A stretch of DNA of 64,000 bases from a virus, in the IMG/VR virus record IMGVR_UViG_3300025141_000029, positions 64,001 to 128,000 of that record; one strand, 5' to 3'. This document shows, one piece after another, positions 17,247 to 28,300 of this stretch. A program made the position numbers and the translations under genes. The notes under the pieces were generated by a model. It saw nothing but the letters and a program-made list of their open reading frames with translations, ran no database searches and had not been told where the DNA came from. Numbering within the stretch: the stretch's first letter is position 1; every line of letters begins with the position of its first letter.

Positions 17247-18183
17247 GCATAAGTAATTCATTAATTAAATAGTCATAAGACTTGATAAATGTTGCCTTTG
17301 TTTTCCTCTCTAAAAATTGATCTCGTGACATTTCGCCGACATCATTATATGGAAGAATATCAACTTTGTGAACCTCAATATCATACTCTAATAAAAGTTT
17401 TATAATCTTCAAAGTTTTTCTGTCAACATCCGGATCCAAAGCAATATAAACTGGCGTATCGTTTTTCACAATCTCTTGGAATAATTTTGAATGTTCCCTC
17501 AAAGTTGAACCAAGAATTGGAACAGCATTATCTCCTGCTTTAATCGCATCGAAAACGCCCTCGACCAAAATCAGATCTTCATCGAAGTCAAGATACAACT
17601 CATTGAAAATGATATCTTTGCTGGCTTGTGGATTTTTATATTTTCTCCAATCATCTCCATAGCTTCTGGCAATAAAGAAATTTGCTTTTCCGGCCAAACC
17701 AAAAGAAGGAACAATGACGCGAGATCCAAATTCGCCGTCGTCACAATATCCAATTTTCCATTTAATAATATCTTGTCTATAGACGTCGCGACTTTCCAAA
17801 TAATTTAAAGGATACAAAGAAGTCTTTGGAAGATTTTTATTTGCGAGAGATACAAATTCTTTTGGTAAATCAAGAGTCTGCTCTTCTTCAACGATTTTAT
17901 CATCTTGTAGCAAAGCTTCTGTAAAAGTTGAAATATCAATTTGTTGTGTAAACTGAGCCCATTCTTTGCGCTGTTCGTAATTTCCATAACGACGAATTAA
18001 ACGATAGACTGAATGGCCGGCATATTCGCAAACCCAACATTTGAATACATCGCGCTCAATATTAACTGAAAGTTTATTTTTGTGATGATCACATTTTGGA
18101 CAAGCGAAGAGAAGTTCATTTCCAGCTTGATTATAATATCCTAAAACATTTCTTAAAATTACGCGCTTTTTTCCATCTGACAT
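17239..18183 (-). CDS. DNA primase (Zn finger plus TOPRIM); track start 18210 also possible
   Basis: CPKC...CWVC Zn finger, KYKNP, LVEGVFD and ALDPD TOPRIM motifs. Confidence 0.88.
   Translation of the reverse strand: MSDGKKRVILRNVLGYYNQAGNELLFACPKCDHHKNKLSVNIERDVFKCWVCEYAGHSVYRLIRRYGNYEQRKEWAQFTQQIDISTFTEALLQDDKIVEEEQTLDLPKEFVSLANKNLPKTSLYPLNYLESRDVYRQDIIKWKIGYCDDGEFGSRVIVPSFGLAGKANFFIARSYGDDWRKYKNPQASKDIIFNELYLDFDEDLILVEGVFDAIKAGDNAVPILGSTLREHSKLFQEIVKNDTPVYIALDPDVDRKTLKIIKLLLEYDIEVHKVDILPYNDVGEMSRDQFLERKTKATFIKSYDYLINELLMRG
17266..17273 (-). promoter_or_regulatory. Candidate late promoter ACTATTTA for the tmRNA
   Basis: Inside the primase 3' end, about 20 nt upstream of tmRNA G1. Confidence 0.45.
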
Positions 18184-18692
18184 AAATACCCTGCTTTTGC
18201 AATCACCCAACTATCTGCTTTATCAAAACAGTGCGGTTTTGGATTGCCGTGCTTAGTATATTCTATAAGAACAGATGGTACATTGTCAAGAACATATTGT
18301 ATAACAACTTGTTTTGCTTTGACACCTTTTGGGATTTTGATGCCACATTTTTTTCTTGCGGACGTCGCAGCAACATATTCTGGCTGTAGTTCAAACACTT
18401 CATAACATAGCCACGAAACAATGCCGTTAAAACGAGATAATGTAGATAATGTCTTTGCCGATGAAAATCCAGATCGAAATGATTGAAGTGACTGTTCTAT
18501 AAAAACTGAAGAAATATTAAATTCATCATCAATCTGTCTAAGTAATTCTTTGATTTCGCGACCTTTGTGAAAAAGTGTTGGAAAATATTTTTTGTTTCGA
18601 AAGTCCCAAGCCTCATTAAAAACAACTTTTCCGTCATTGTCGATAACTGTTACGCCAGTTATGCTCGTGCTAATATCTAAACCTAAAATCAT
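18159..18692 (-). CDS. RuvC-like Holliday junction resolvase
   Basis: ILGLDISTSITG, VFIEQ and DKADS catalytic acidic motifs. Confidence 0.8.
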   Translation of the reverse strand: MILGLDISTSITGVTVIDNDGKVVFNEAWDFRNKKYFPTLFHKGREIKELLRQIDDEFNISSVFIEQSLQSFRSGFSSAKTLSTLSRFNGIVSWLCYEVFELQPEYVAATSARKKCGIKIPKGVKAKQVVIQYVLDNVPSVLIEYTKHGNPKPHCFDKADSWVIAKAGYLCQMEKSA

Positions 18693-18704
18693 TCTTTAAT
18701 TATA

Positions 18705-19850
18705 TCAATAATCTAGCTTAAGTTTAAATGTATAATCATCACCTTCTTGTTTTCGAACCGGTGTAGCAAGTTTGGCTATGGCAATCAAATTTTTATTTTT
18801 ATCAAAGATTCCTATTTTCGATATGAATGTTTGTTTTTTGAATGTTTCATTGTAACCACTGAATGAGCTGCTAACTGTATTAATCAATTCTATATTTGAA
18901 ATTTCAGAATATTTTCCTGAAGATGTTACATAAGTTGTTGAGCTGTCACTAGCTGTTGAGCCGCTTTTTTGTGCATACGTTGGATTTGGTGAATAATTTA
19001 ACAAGCCGGGTTGTGCATGTGCGAACATCGTAATCATATTTGTTTTTTGAACACCCTGTACATCCAAACTATAGCTTGATGAAATAGTTAGATATGTTTT
19101 GCGTGCGTACGCATTCCACCTGGGCGCAATCGTAGATCCACCATCTGATACGTATTTCTCTACATGTGCGGCATTAAGATCCCATGATCCCGTTAAGATG
19201 ATAAGCCCTTCATTATAAAGGACCACGCCGGCCACTTTATCATCATTAGAAGAGATCGAGCCTGATGACTGAATCAATTCACCATTTCTATTTTTATCTG
19301 TTAACTTGCCCTGAAGAGTACCAGATACATAAAAACGCAAATCAACAGTTCCTTTCTTGATACTGCTTCCGTAGAAAATCGATGGAAAGTCAACCAAAGT
19401 CAACCTTTGTGTTCCTTTATCTCCCAGCGATGAAGAAAAAGCATAATGAGCGCTATAGTTCTTATAATAATCTAAAACATTCTTTAGCGCATCAATTTGT
19501 GATCTAGTCGAATCAGTGTCATGAACCGCTGTTTGTATCGTTGCTGTTAAGGGATAGCTGCCAGTTAATAATGTTCCGGAATCAAGTACTGCGAACTCAC
19601 TAGTACTAATTGTTCGGAACATCTCAAGCGAAGAACCTTTCGGCAAGAAAGGATAAATTAAATTATCTGTTGCTCGATTAACGTTTAATTCATATAAGCT
19701 GATATTTCCAGCAGGCGTATTAGAATTTACAATTGATTGATCTAGATTATTATAATAAGCAGTTGGACCATAAATAAAAAAACTACAATATGGATTTAAT
19801 TCAATTGTATTGGTTAATAAATCACTTTTTTTAAATTTATAATAAGGCAT
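18705..19850 (-). CDS. Virion structural protein (baseplate/tail-collar-like C-terminus)
   Basis: C-terminal IGIFDKNKNLIAIAKLATPVRK...KLKLDY; paralogous to the next gene. Confidence 0.6.
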   Translation of the reverse strand: MPYYKFKKSDLLTNTIELNPYCSFFIYGPTAYYNNLDQSIVNSNTPAGNISLYELNVNRATDNLIYPFLPKGSSLEMFRTISTSEFAVLDSGTLLTGSYPLTATIQTAVHDTDSTRSQIDALKNVLDYYKNYSAHYAFSSSLGDKGTQRLTLVDFPSIFYGSSIKKGTVDLRFYVSGTLQGKLTDKNRNGELIQSSGSISSNDDKVAGVVLYNEGLIILTGSWDLNAAHVEKYVSDGGSTIAPRWNAYARKTYLTISSSYSLDVQGVQKTNMITMFAHAQPGLLNYSPNPTYAQKSGSTASDSSTTYVTSSGKYSEISNIELINTVSSSFSGYNETFKKQTFISKIGIFDKNKNLIAIAKLATPVRKQEGDDYTFKLKLDY

Positions 19851-19862
19851 TCTTTGAATACC

Positions 19863-21005
19863 TTAATAGTCTAATCTAACTCTAACTGTGACCTCATTTG
19901 ACGGATCTTTACGCAACGGTTCAGAAAGCTTGGCGGTTGCCAATAATTCATTATCTGCGGAATATAATCCTACGGTTGTTAAATATGAGACCGGCAAATC
20001 AGTTGAAAATGTTTTTGTAACAATTTGGCTAGCAGACAAATAGGTTGGATTTGAACTATAATTAAATTCGTTATTATTGAGTCGACAGAAATAAATTGTT
20101 GAATTTAATTCTGTTGTATTATTAAATTGAATACTTTCAATTCTGTGTCTGATATTGTCGCAATTTCCAGAAATAGTAGAAGCAGTTAATGCATTGTTTA
20201 TGTTTAAGCCGGCCGAATCCATATTAATTTCTGAAATAACAGGTGTTAAAGCAGATCCAGAAACACCTAAGCTAGAGCCACTCAGGAATATTGAAGCCGT
20301 TATAACAGCGATGCCGGCTTGATAATAAATTAAGCCAGCAGAATCTGTAGTTTTTATTGGAGCCGCTGTATCGATCGGTGAGCCAACCAGATTAGAAGCA
20401 TATAGCACGCCATAATCACCAGTTGGAGAGTTTACAAAATATCCATCTGATCCGGAAGAATCATTTAATCTAACTTGGGCTGCCATCGGTACACCGGAGC
20501 CAGAAAAAACAGAAGCCAAGCCTAAATCTAAGTAAAAGGATCCTTTTTTAATCTCGTCTTTGTTGAGAAGGCGAGCAAAATTAATAAATATAACTTCATT
20601 CATTTTACCAGTGCCATCGGCTAAATTACCGTCAATATCGAATCTTTGAATATTGCCATTAACATCGTGGCCTACTAAAACTTGAGCCATTTGGTTATAT
20701 ATATTAATCTTATTTTTTCTTTGTGTGGCATCTTGACTTGCGCCGCCCGATAATGATGAGGCTGAAGAATAGCCAACTGCTAAATCAAGAATATGATTGG
20801 CCGACGAACTTAAATATGGATAATCATACACTGACTGGAACATGCCGTGAGAATAATTTTTAATATTACTCTCTGCTCCCACACCAAACACGCCTAAACC
20901 ATAAGTACCTGATAATATTGTACCTGTAATGGGAATTGCTTCATGAAGCAACGTTCTTGTTGTTGTTCTATCGTTATTTAGAAATGTTTTAAAAGTGCTT
21001 GCCAT
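19863..21005 (-). CDS. Virion structural protein (baseplate/tail-collar-like C-terminus)
   Basis: C-terminal VGLYSADNELLATAKLSEPLRK...RVRLDY. Confidence 0.6.
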   Translation of the reverse strand: MASTFKTFLNNDRTTTRTLLHEAIPITGTILSGTYGLGVFGVGAESNIKNYSHGMFQSVYDYPYLSSSANHILDLAVGYSSASSLSGGASQDATQRKNKINIYNQMAQVLVGHDVNGNIQRFDIDGNLADGTGKMNEVIFINFARLLNKDEIKKGSFYLDLGLASVFSGSGVPMAAQVRLNDSSGSDGYFVNSPTGDYGVLYASNLVGSPIDTAAPIKTTDSAGLIYYQAGIAVITASIFLSGSSLGVSGSALTPVISEINMDSAGLNINNALTASTISGNCDNIRHRIESIQFNNTTELNSTIYFCRLNNNEFNYSSNPTYLSASQIVTKTFSTDLPVSYLTTVGLYSADNELLATAKLSEPLRKDPSNEVTVRVRLDY

Positions 21006-21022
21006 TTTTATATCCTATTATA

Positions 21023-22048
21023 TTAAACTTTCTTGAGAAAGCGAACTGGAACATCGATTCTATATCCAGTTGTTATGCCAGTAATTCTTACTGTAGAATC
21101 AATATACTTGAAAGTTGGACTGGATGTTGTATTACTCATCGTTACAGTACCTCCAAGTCGATCAAATAAACTTTCACTGGTATTTAATTCCAAAGAAGCT
21201 CGAATTGCGAACCACAAACGATTGCCGCGGGGTCCGGCGATAACGGAAGTTGGGCCGCCGCCGGTGCCAGTTACAGTACCATAAGACGAATCAAATAAAG
21301 CACCGTTGGTATTTTTTGAAACATAATAGCTGGCTATTCTATCATCATCCACAAAATTCTGTCCTACCAATTGCATTGCTGTATTACCTTGATTAGATGC
21401 TGGTCCCGGGGTTGTTATCTTTCCTAGGCGATCATCAATTTCAATCATATATTGATTTTCAATCAAGTCAGCATCCAAGGAAAATGTGTCTGGAATCTTG
21501 GCCGTATCTAGTCCTTGATCTAACGCTATTAATGTTCCATTCCCTCCGACGCCAGCACCAGCAGAAATTCCATCACCCTTTATTATTCCTGGAATGCTAG
21601 TTAGAGGTTGTAACACGGGACTACTATCAGTTCTAGTAACATCGCTCGTATCTTGATCAACAGAAATCACATACATTCCAGTCGAAGAATCTGAAAACGG
21701 AGAAGAGCCACCAGTGAAAGCTAGAGAAGCAGGCAGAAAAGCGCTGTTCACCAATTTAATTACTGGCAAATAAAGTAAATTATTTCTCGGAATTGTCATT
21801 AATTTATGCTTGCAAGATCCAATATTATTTGTAAACGCCTCCAAGACGGGCGTTGTCAAAATATCTAAATCGTAGTAAGCTGATCCGGACGCATGATTTT
21901 TATCATATTTGCCATAATCAATTTCGTCGTCGGCGGCAGCAAATTTTGTAATCTTGAAAGATCCATCACCTCTAGCTAAACGTTCGCGGCCGAGGTCTGT
22001 TAAAACGGCGTCTAGTATAATATCGCCTGAGTTATCTAAAAATCCCAT
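21023..22048 (-). CDS. Virion structural protein
   Basis: N-terminal DAVLTDLGRERLARGDGSFKITKFAAADDEIDY; tail module context. Confidence 0.6.
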   Translation of the reverse strand: MGFLDNSGDIILDAVLTDLGRERLARGDGSFKITKFAAADDEIDYGKYDKNHASGSAYYDLDILTTPVLEAFTNNIGSCKHKLMTIPRNNLLYLPVIKLVNSAFLPASLAFTGGSSPFSDSSTGMYVISVDQDTSDVTRTDSSPVLQPLTSIPGIIKGDGISAGAGVGGNGTLIALDQGLDTAKIPDTFSLDADLIENQYMIEIDDRLGKITTPGPASNQGNTAMQLVGQNFVDDDRIASYYVSKNTNGALFDSSYGTVTGTGGGPTSVIAGPRGNRLWFAIRASLELNTSESLFDRLGGTVTMSNTTSSPTFKYIDSTVRITGITTGYRIDVPVRFLKKV

Positions 22049-22080
22049 TTAAGTTCTCCAAATTATAAATGATTTTACCA

Positions 22081-22107
22081 TAAATAGTCTACTACTTTAA
22101 ATAGTCT
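22081..22107 (-). promoter_or_regulatory. Tandem candidate late promoters (AGACTATTTA x2)
   Basis: Direct repeat taaatagtct at 22081 and 22098 in the intergenic gap. Confidence 0.55.
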
Positions 22108-22123
22108 TTTTGTTTAATATCGA

Positions 22124-25100
22124 CTATTTTTCTAATGCCGGTTTTTTAAATCTTAAATTAATATCAAGTTTACGTCCGGTTTTTCGTGATACTAATCGTA
22201 CTCTAAACTGATTATATTCATTTTCAGAATTTGGATCAAAACCAAATATACTATGCTCTTTTGTTCCCAAAGGAATAAAACTCGCATCATCGTTGAGATC
22301 TTCTATATAATCTTTTATCGACGATTTAATCGGCGGCGCTTCAAAATCAATACCTCCCATTTCAGGATCATCATTGATAAAGGCCTGCTCTAGACTTGGC
22401 TTTATCATTAAATATTTTCTAAATGATTTTGTCAGTATTCGATCAGCAATTTGTTTTTGCTTATCAAAAAAACTTATATCATAAGTTCTCATTGTGAAGT
22501 AGATGGCGCCGTCATTATTGATTGTTTGAATTTCAAAAATATTTGTTGGATTTGAAAAATCAGGAGCGTTTGAATATTTATAAATTGGGCCGACGGCCAC
22601 GTTCTCGGATTGAGTAAGACTAAGTCCATGTTTTTCATCATTGGTTCGAAATGCATACCAATATTTTATACCCGGATTTATATCATCTATATACGATGGA
22701 GCACCATTGGCCATAGACAAAGTAACTTTTTTGCCAACACCGGTAATGCCAAAATCCAGATAACTTGATGGACCATTGGGGAAATCAATTTCAGATATTC
22801 TAAACATATCAAAACCGGTTATATCTCCTTCCGATTTAAAGTGAACTTTTCCTGATTGTCCAATTTCAGCATTTTGTATTTTCTCAATATCCTCCGGAAA
22901 AATTGGAATATAATCATCATAGTAATCATCCATACTAGAATTTAATGAAATCATAACTTGATTATCTTTGTGTCGATATGGGATGAAATTAACATCTGGA
23001 GGAGTGGGAGGTAATTCTTGTGTGTACACTGTCTTCGGACTTGTATAAGGAACCTCAAAAAGCATAACAGAAGCATCATCTGTTACTTCTATATCAGTTC
23101 GCCACCGTATATAGCCGGAGGAGGAGGCCAGAGCGTCGCTGCTGGCAAAACGATCCGATTCATATTTATACCTATTTCCAACCACCAATTGAATCGCAAA
23201 AATTTGATACGAATATTTTTTAGAATATATAATTTGTGTATCAATCAGCGTTGCTTCGTCTAGCTGAGAATCATTCAATACATAAAAAGTTTGAATTAAA
23301 TTGCCGTCGGCATCTTTCTTCTTTATCTTATAAAAGAGTGTTTCATTATAACAGGTTTTTCCACTTACAATATCGCTGTATAGGCGCTTATTTTTTTTAA
23401 TAAAATCAATATATAATGATTGAAACATGCTTTTATAAATTAATTGTACTAGAGGATTTTCAGCAAGAAATTCAATTTCCGAATCAGAATACGTTTCTGA
23501 TCCTACAGATATTGAATGCGCAGCTGCGTTTTGTATATTCTGTACTAAATTGCTACCTACGTGGAGATTTTTTATTCCTACAGCATAATTATTAAAATAA
23601 TATTGGTTTACATCAACTCCATTTTCATTTAACGGAAAATTTTGAGTTTCAAGTGCCTCATAGTTGGTACTTTGTAGGCCTTCTGCTGTTATTTGTTGTT
23701 CATAAGCAGTTAGAGATGTAGTGCGGGAAGGAATAGATTCTATGACAAGCTCATCCTCACCACTAATACCACTCGGCTGTAAGTGAGATATATCTGGATC
23801 AGTAAAGGCAATATAATCAGACACTAAAGGTAAAAATAAATTAGCGGCATGAAGAATATCGGCCACCTTTGTGTTAACATCAGTATTGAATCTTATTTCA
23901 TTATAAAACGGAAAAGATGCTTTGAATGTATTAATATTTTCATTTTTTATAGCCTCAAGAGGAAATATAATATTTTTAAATTTGTGGACGGCCATTCTAT
24001 ACATGATACCGCCGGCGGCATTGACCGTGAGAAGACTACTTACTTCCTCTTTAAAGACCCTTATCCATTCGTTTAAATATTCATTTCCAGATACACCAAC
24101 AATTTCTGTATAACCCGTGGCATTATCTGTTGTAGCAAACGGCCTCAGTATATTAGAAGGAAGACGGCCCATCATTGTTGTATGTATCCAGCCAAAAGTA
24201 TCCGCTATGGCGTCGCCGAGGTCGTTGTTTTCCGGATTCCAACTATTTTCTCTTTCTGACAACACAATATTGAAATTGGGTAGATATAATTCAACATGCT
24301 CCATGGCCATGCCTTCGTCGCCGGCAAGAGATGAAAACGCTACGTAGGTCTTGTCAAGATCAAAAGTTCCAGCTTCATATTCTGGTTGGGAAAAGTTATA
24401 AACTGGTTTTATATTTGCAAATAAAACTCTAATATTCGCTGCTGAATCTTGTAAACTTGATGCCGCAGGAGAATTAAAAACAAAAGCATGATCATGTAAA
24501 TTTCCTGGCGGAGTCATTAACTTAGTCTCGTCACCAGAAAGAACGGGGAAAGGAGCTACGCCCAAGCCTTGAAATGTTGCCAATGATGTACCAGGAATAC
24601 CCAAAAAACTTGGGGATGTCATACTATAGATAAAGCCTCTCCAATCGTCATACGAGTCCATACTAATCTGATTTTCTGGAGGCCAAATGTCATCTGGACC
24701 TCCTAGCAAGTACATGCGCCCGGTGCCGTTGGTGACCGAGTCGATGTACTCAAGAGACATAAAATATACTTGAATAATTGTATTATCACGAAATACTAAG
24801 TTTGTATGAAGATGTTCATATTGAGCAGTAGTAGATGGAAAAAAATTAGAACCAATATTATTGCTATACACTCCAGGGTTCAGTTTTTCATGAGTAAGTT
24901 CCAAATCTTGACCCTGGACGTGATTTAAAGGATTAACAAAAACAGAATCTCCTACTACTGCTGGATTATCCGGATTGTAGCATGAAGAATCTGGATCACT
25001 ACATTCCTCCGGTATCCGGTAAAAAAACTTTCCTAAGTTATAGCGCAAAAAATCAAATTGCGCAGGGCTTGGATCTTGAGGGGTTGCTCCCAGTTCGGCA

Positions 25101-25285
25101 CTCTTCTCTTCAAAATTAAAATCCTTATAAGGAACATTCCATGGAGGAAGGCCTAGTTTATAGGCCGGCCTTTGAGTTTCTTGAGTATCAACAAATAAAG
25201 TTGTATTCCCTACAAAGGCGGGCCCATCCTGCGGGGCTGAACCGCCGGGTGGAGAAGCTGCATTATCTGTGTCGTCACTTGACAT
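22124..25285 (-). CDS. Large hypothetical virion protein (1053 aa)
   Basis: Long ORF in the tail block; FN3-like strands near the C-terminus (INPGIKYWYAFRT). Confidence 0.55.
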   Translation of the reverse strand: MSSDDTDNAASPPGGSAPQDGPAFVGNTTLFVDTQETQRPAYKLGLPPWNVPYKDFNFEEKSAELGATPQDPSPAQFDFLRYNLGKFFYRIPEECSDPDSSCYNPDNPAVVGDSVFVNPLNHVQGQDLELTHEKLNPGVYSNNIGSNFFPSTTAQYEHLHTNLVFRDNTIIQVYFMSLEYIDSVTNGTGRMYLLGGPDDIWPPENQISMDSYDDWRGFIYSMTSPSFLGIPGTSLATFQGLGVAPFPVLSGDETKLMTPPGNLHDHAFVFNSPAASSLQDSAANIRVLFANIKPVYNFSQPEYEAGTFDLDKTYVAFSSLAGDEGMAMEHVELYLPNFNIVLSERENSWNPENNDLGDAIADTFGWIHTTMMGRLPSNILRPFATTDNATGYTEIVGVSGNEYLNEWIRVFKEEVSSLLTVNAAGGIMYRMAVHKFKNIIFPLEAIKNENINTFKASFPFYNEIRFNTDVNTKVADILHAANLFLPLVSDYIAFTDPDISHLQPSGISGEDELVIESIPSRTTSLTAYEQQITAEGLQSTNYEALETQNFPLNENGVDVNQYYFNNYAVGIKNLHVGSNLVQNIQNAAAHSISVGSETYSDSEIEFLAENPLVQLIYKSMFQSLYIDFIKKNKRLYSDIVSGKTCYNETLFYKIKKKDADGNLIQTFYVLNDSQLDEATLIDTQIIYSKKYSYQIFAIQLVVGNRYKYESDRFASSDALASSSGYIRWRTDIEVTDDASVMLFEVPYTSPKTVYTQELPPTPPDVNFIPYRHKDNQVMISLNSSMDDYYDDYIPIFPEDIEKIQNAEIGQSGKVHFKSEGDITGFDMFRISEIDFPNGPSSYLDFGITGVGKKVTLSMANGAPSYIDDINPGIKYWYAFRTNDEKHGLSLTQSENVAVGPIYKYSNAPDFSNPTNIFEIQTINNDGAIYFTMRTYDISFFDKQKQIADRILTKSFRKYLMIKPSLEQAFINDDPEMGGIDFEAPPIKSSIKDYIEDLNDDASFIPLGTKEHSIFGFDPNSENEYNQFRVRLVSRKTGRKLDINLRFKKPALEK

Positions 25286-25326
25286 TATTTATACCTTATC
25301 GTAAATATATAGAATTGTTTCATAAT

Positions 25327-28300
25327 TTAAAAGTAATTACCACCAATATCGGGGTCTTTATCAGTACCATCAGCGCCCATATCAGGTGTCCCGGGGAGAC
25401 CAGTTGAGGTACCATCGCTGCCGGCAGAGGGCGTTCCTAAACCTGAAGTACCACCAGTGGTGCCAACTCCACTAACTCCTGAAGTGCCCACACTGCCGAC
25501 ACCGGTCGTCGTTGGTGACCATGTAGTTCCTGGAGTACCAGGACTGTTAGATTCCATGGGCATGCCCATGGCCCCAATATTAAATTTAATAATTGGATCT
25601 GCCGGGTTGTCGAGGCCGCCTATTTTATCCTCTGGGGTACTGAGTACAAGCTGTTTAAACAAATCAGGAGGAATTCCCAGAATGGTTTCTTTTTTGCCGC
25701 CAGAGCCCATGGGGGGCATTGGTGGTGTGGTAAATTCCACATCATCAATAGTTGTTGGCGGTGAAACAAAAACCATTGGATTAATAATAAAATATTTATT
25801 AAAAAGTGGCAGCTCTAAAAATTTATTATTATATACGCCGTATAGACGATCTTGTATACGATCAAGTTTACATACGAGCGCCTTGCCCGCTGATGCAACT
25901 TGAGTAAAAATATCCGCCGTTAAGCGAGCCCAAACAGGATTAAATAATTTATCTAAATTTACTAAATATTTTACCTCAACAAGATTTGAATAGTTGAACC
26001 ACCACCACCCAAAGGTTTCTAGACTCAAAGAAGATTCTTCGAAAACATCTTTTTCAACTTGTAGACCATTATTTCGCAGCGCGGGCTTAAAGAGATCGGC
26101 CTGGCCGGCAAGGGATTGATCAATAAATAATGATTTTATGCCACTGGCGCGCTGTGCCATGGCCGACTGGCTCGGCACGTCGGCTTCTGTTAATGAATAA
26201 ATCGTTAATTCTTTATTATTTTCTAAAATAATTTCATTCAAAATACCAAATAATAAAGAATCCATCTCATCAGTTAGGTTGATGTCAAAGCCAACTTGTG
26301 GCATTGGATCTCCAGTTGGGGGCACAACGTTGTCTTCATAATAATCTTGTCCCTCGTCAATGTCGATAGGCGTTGCAAGACCAGTGGTGGAGAGCGGCGA
26401 TGACTGCTGTTGTGTATTGTCTTTTTCCGAAGAATCTACAAAATCATCCATATTGGCGTCAGGATTACTAATCGCGATAGCATCATTTAAATATCCTAGT
26501 TGCTTTTGTATATCATTCGAAAACAAAACTCCATAATGAGAAGCTATAGTTAATAATTTTCTAATTTGATCTAAAACTTCTACGCCCTCGGCCGATTTTT
26601 GATTATACTTTGAAATATAAAATTTTATTATATCTAAAATAATATTCTTATATGTATTATATTTTTTCTGATATGGGAGCAAAGGTCCATCAGTATCATA
26701 ATCGGTTCTAAGTTCTTCATCCTCCAACAATGTAAATAAAGGCGTGAAGTATGATGTTCTATAAAGAGAAACCGCAAAATAAGCATCGGCGTCGCTAAAT
26801 TTATCACTTGAACGATTAAAATATTTATCAATTTCGCCAACTGCACGGTTTTCAAACTGCTGAGAACTTAATTCGCGAAGTCCGGTGCCGGATTGAGATT
26901 GTGCGCTTGAAAAAATATATTCATATCCAGTTTTATTAAAACTCTCCAAGTCGACTATGTGAGGTATATTCTCGCTCAAAGTAATTGTATCATGCATTCC
27001 AGAAGAAGATTTTGAGTATACACCAGATGCATCATTCAAAGAAGAAATAGAGCCTTCCGATGCTTTAATTGTATCAAAAACTATTTCTATTTTGTCGTCA
27101 ACAATTGTTGTTTGTGTAAAATTAAGGATATCTTTTTTTATACCAGATATTTTTTGAAATTTTTGTATGAATGTATCATAAACTTTTGCACATTTAAGCA
27201 AGCCCTGATAGTTGCCAAGCTGGGGGCTAGCAATAAGGAAAAGTTTATTTGCTAGAGTGCTCATACCACTAGCATTAAAATCAAACAACATAAATATGTT
27301 TTGTAACGCGAGCGCCGCCTCCCACTCGTGAGTATACCAGGCAGTGGCGCCGCCTTGCATCCACCCGGTGCCGGCCACATATATCCAATCGCTTTCAATC
27401 GCACTAACATTAAATTGATCAGTCAAATCATTATAATATCTTGGTAAATTACTATTAATAAAACTAATATAATTATTTATAAATTCACGATTACGATACA
27501 AGTCTGCTAATCTTTGTTGAAGATATTTTTTAATTCCATCCTCCATCACCAGTTCAACATAATATTGATATTGTCCTTTGTATTTGTCAACAAGAGATTG
27601 GTCCTTAAAAGATAGAAATAAAAATGATTTTTCCAAAATTTCATCATTAGAAAAATTTAAATTACTTATTTTTTTTATATTAGAAGAGCTGTCTGTTTCT
27701 GAATATCTGGCTATTTGTATCGGTATAGCATCTTCATAAGAGTTTTCTATATCAGCATCAAGAACAAAATTTATATAGCTATTTTGATCTTCAACGCGTG
27801 TGCCTAATTTGTTTTCACCAGTTTCATTTAAGCTAACTCTCTTCCGAAAAACATTAATTTCTACTATTTTAGATAAGTCTAGCACTTCCTTAATTATATT
27901 TCTTATCGTCGCATTTTCAGAAGCAACACTAGCAGGATCTATTGCCATTTGGATCTGGATCCAGGCCACAGTATCTTTTATATTTTTAGCAATTGTTTTA
28001 AACAAAGAATTATTAAATAATATTTTAGATTTATCGAACGCAATAAAATAGCCGGCCCCGCCGTCATTTAAACGCGACATAAAACTAAAAGTATATGCTT
28101 CTTTTGATTCGAGGCCGATACTAGAATCTGTTATTCTTGGCTGCCTATGAGCTTTGTTTAAGACATCATATTTATCTTCCAGCTGATAGAGATCTTTTAG
28201 AAAAACTTTTTCAATTTCTTCATCATCTCTTAAATCAACAATTTTCATGCTGGGCAACAGAAGGGGTTTTAAGACAACATCGCGGTCGGCAGCTGCTATA

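Noticed and set aside
7221-18183. Inteins, introns or homing endonucleases in TerL, Mre11-Rad50 or primase
   Set aside because: Lengths and motif spacing are normal, with no splice-junction or LAGLIDADG/HNH/GIY-YIG motifs
25286-25293. Exact T4 late promoter TATAAATA on the coding strand
   Set aside because: It directly abuts the ATG and does not recur upstream of other late genes; probably AT-rich chance
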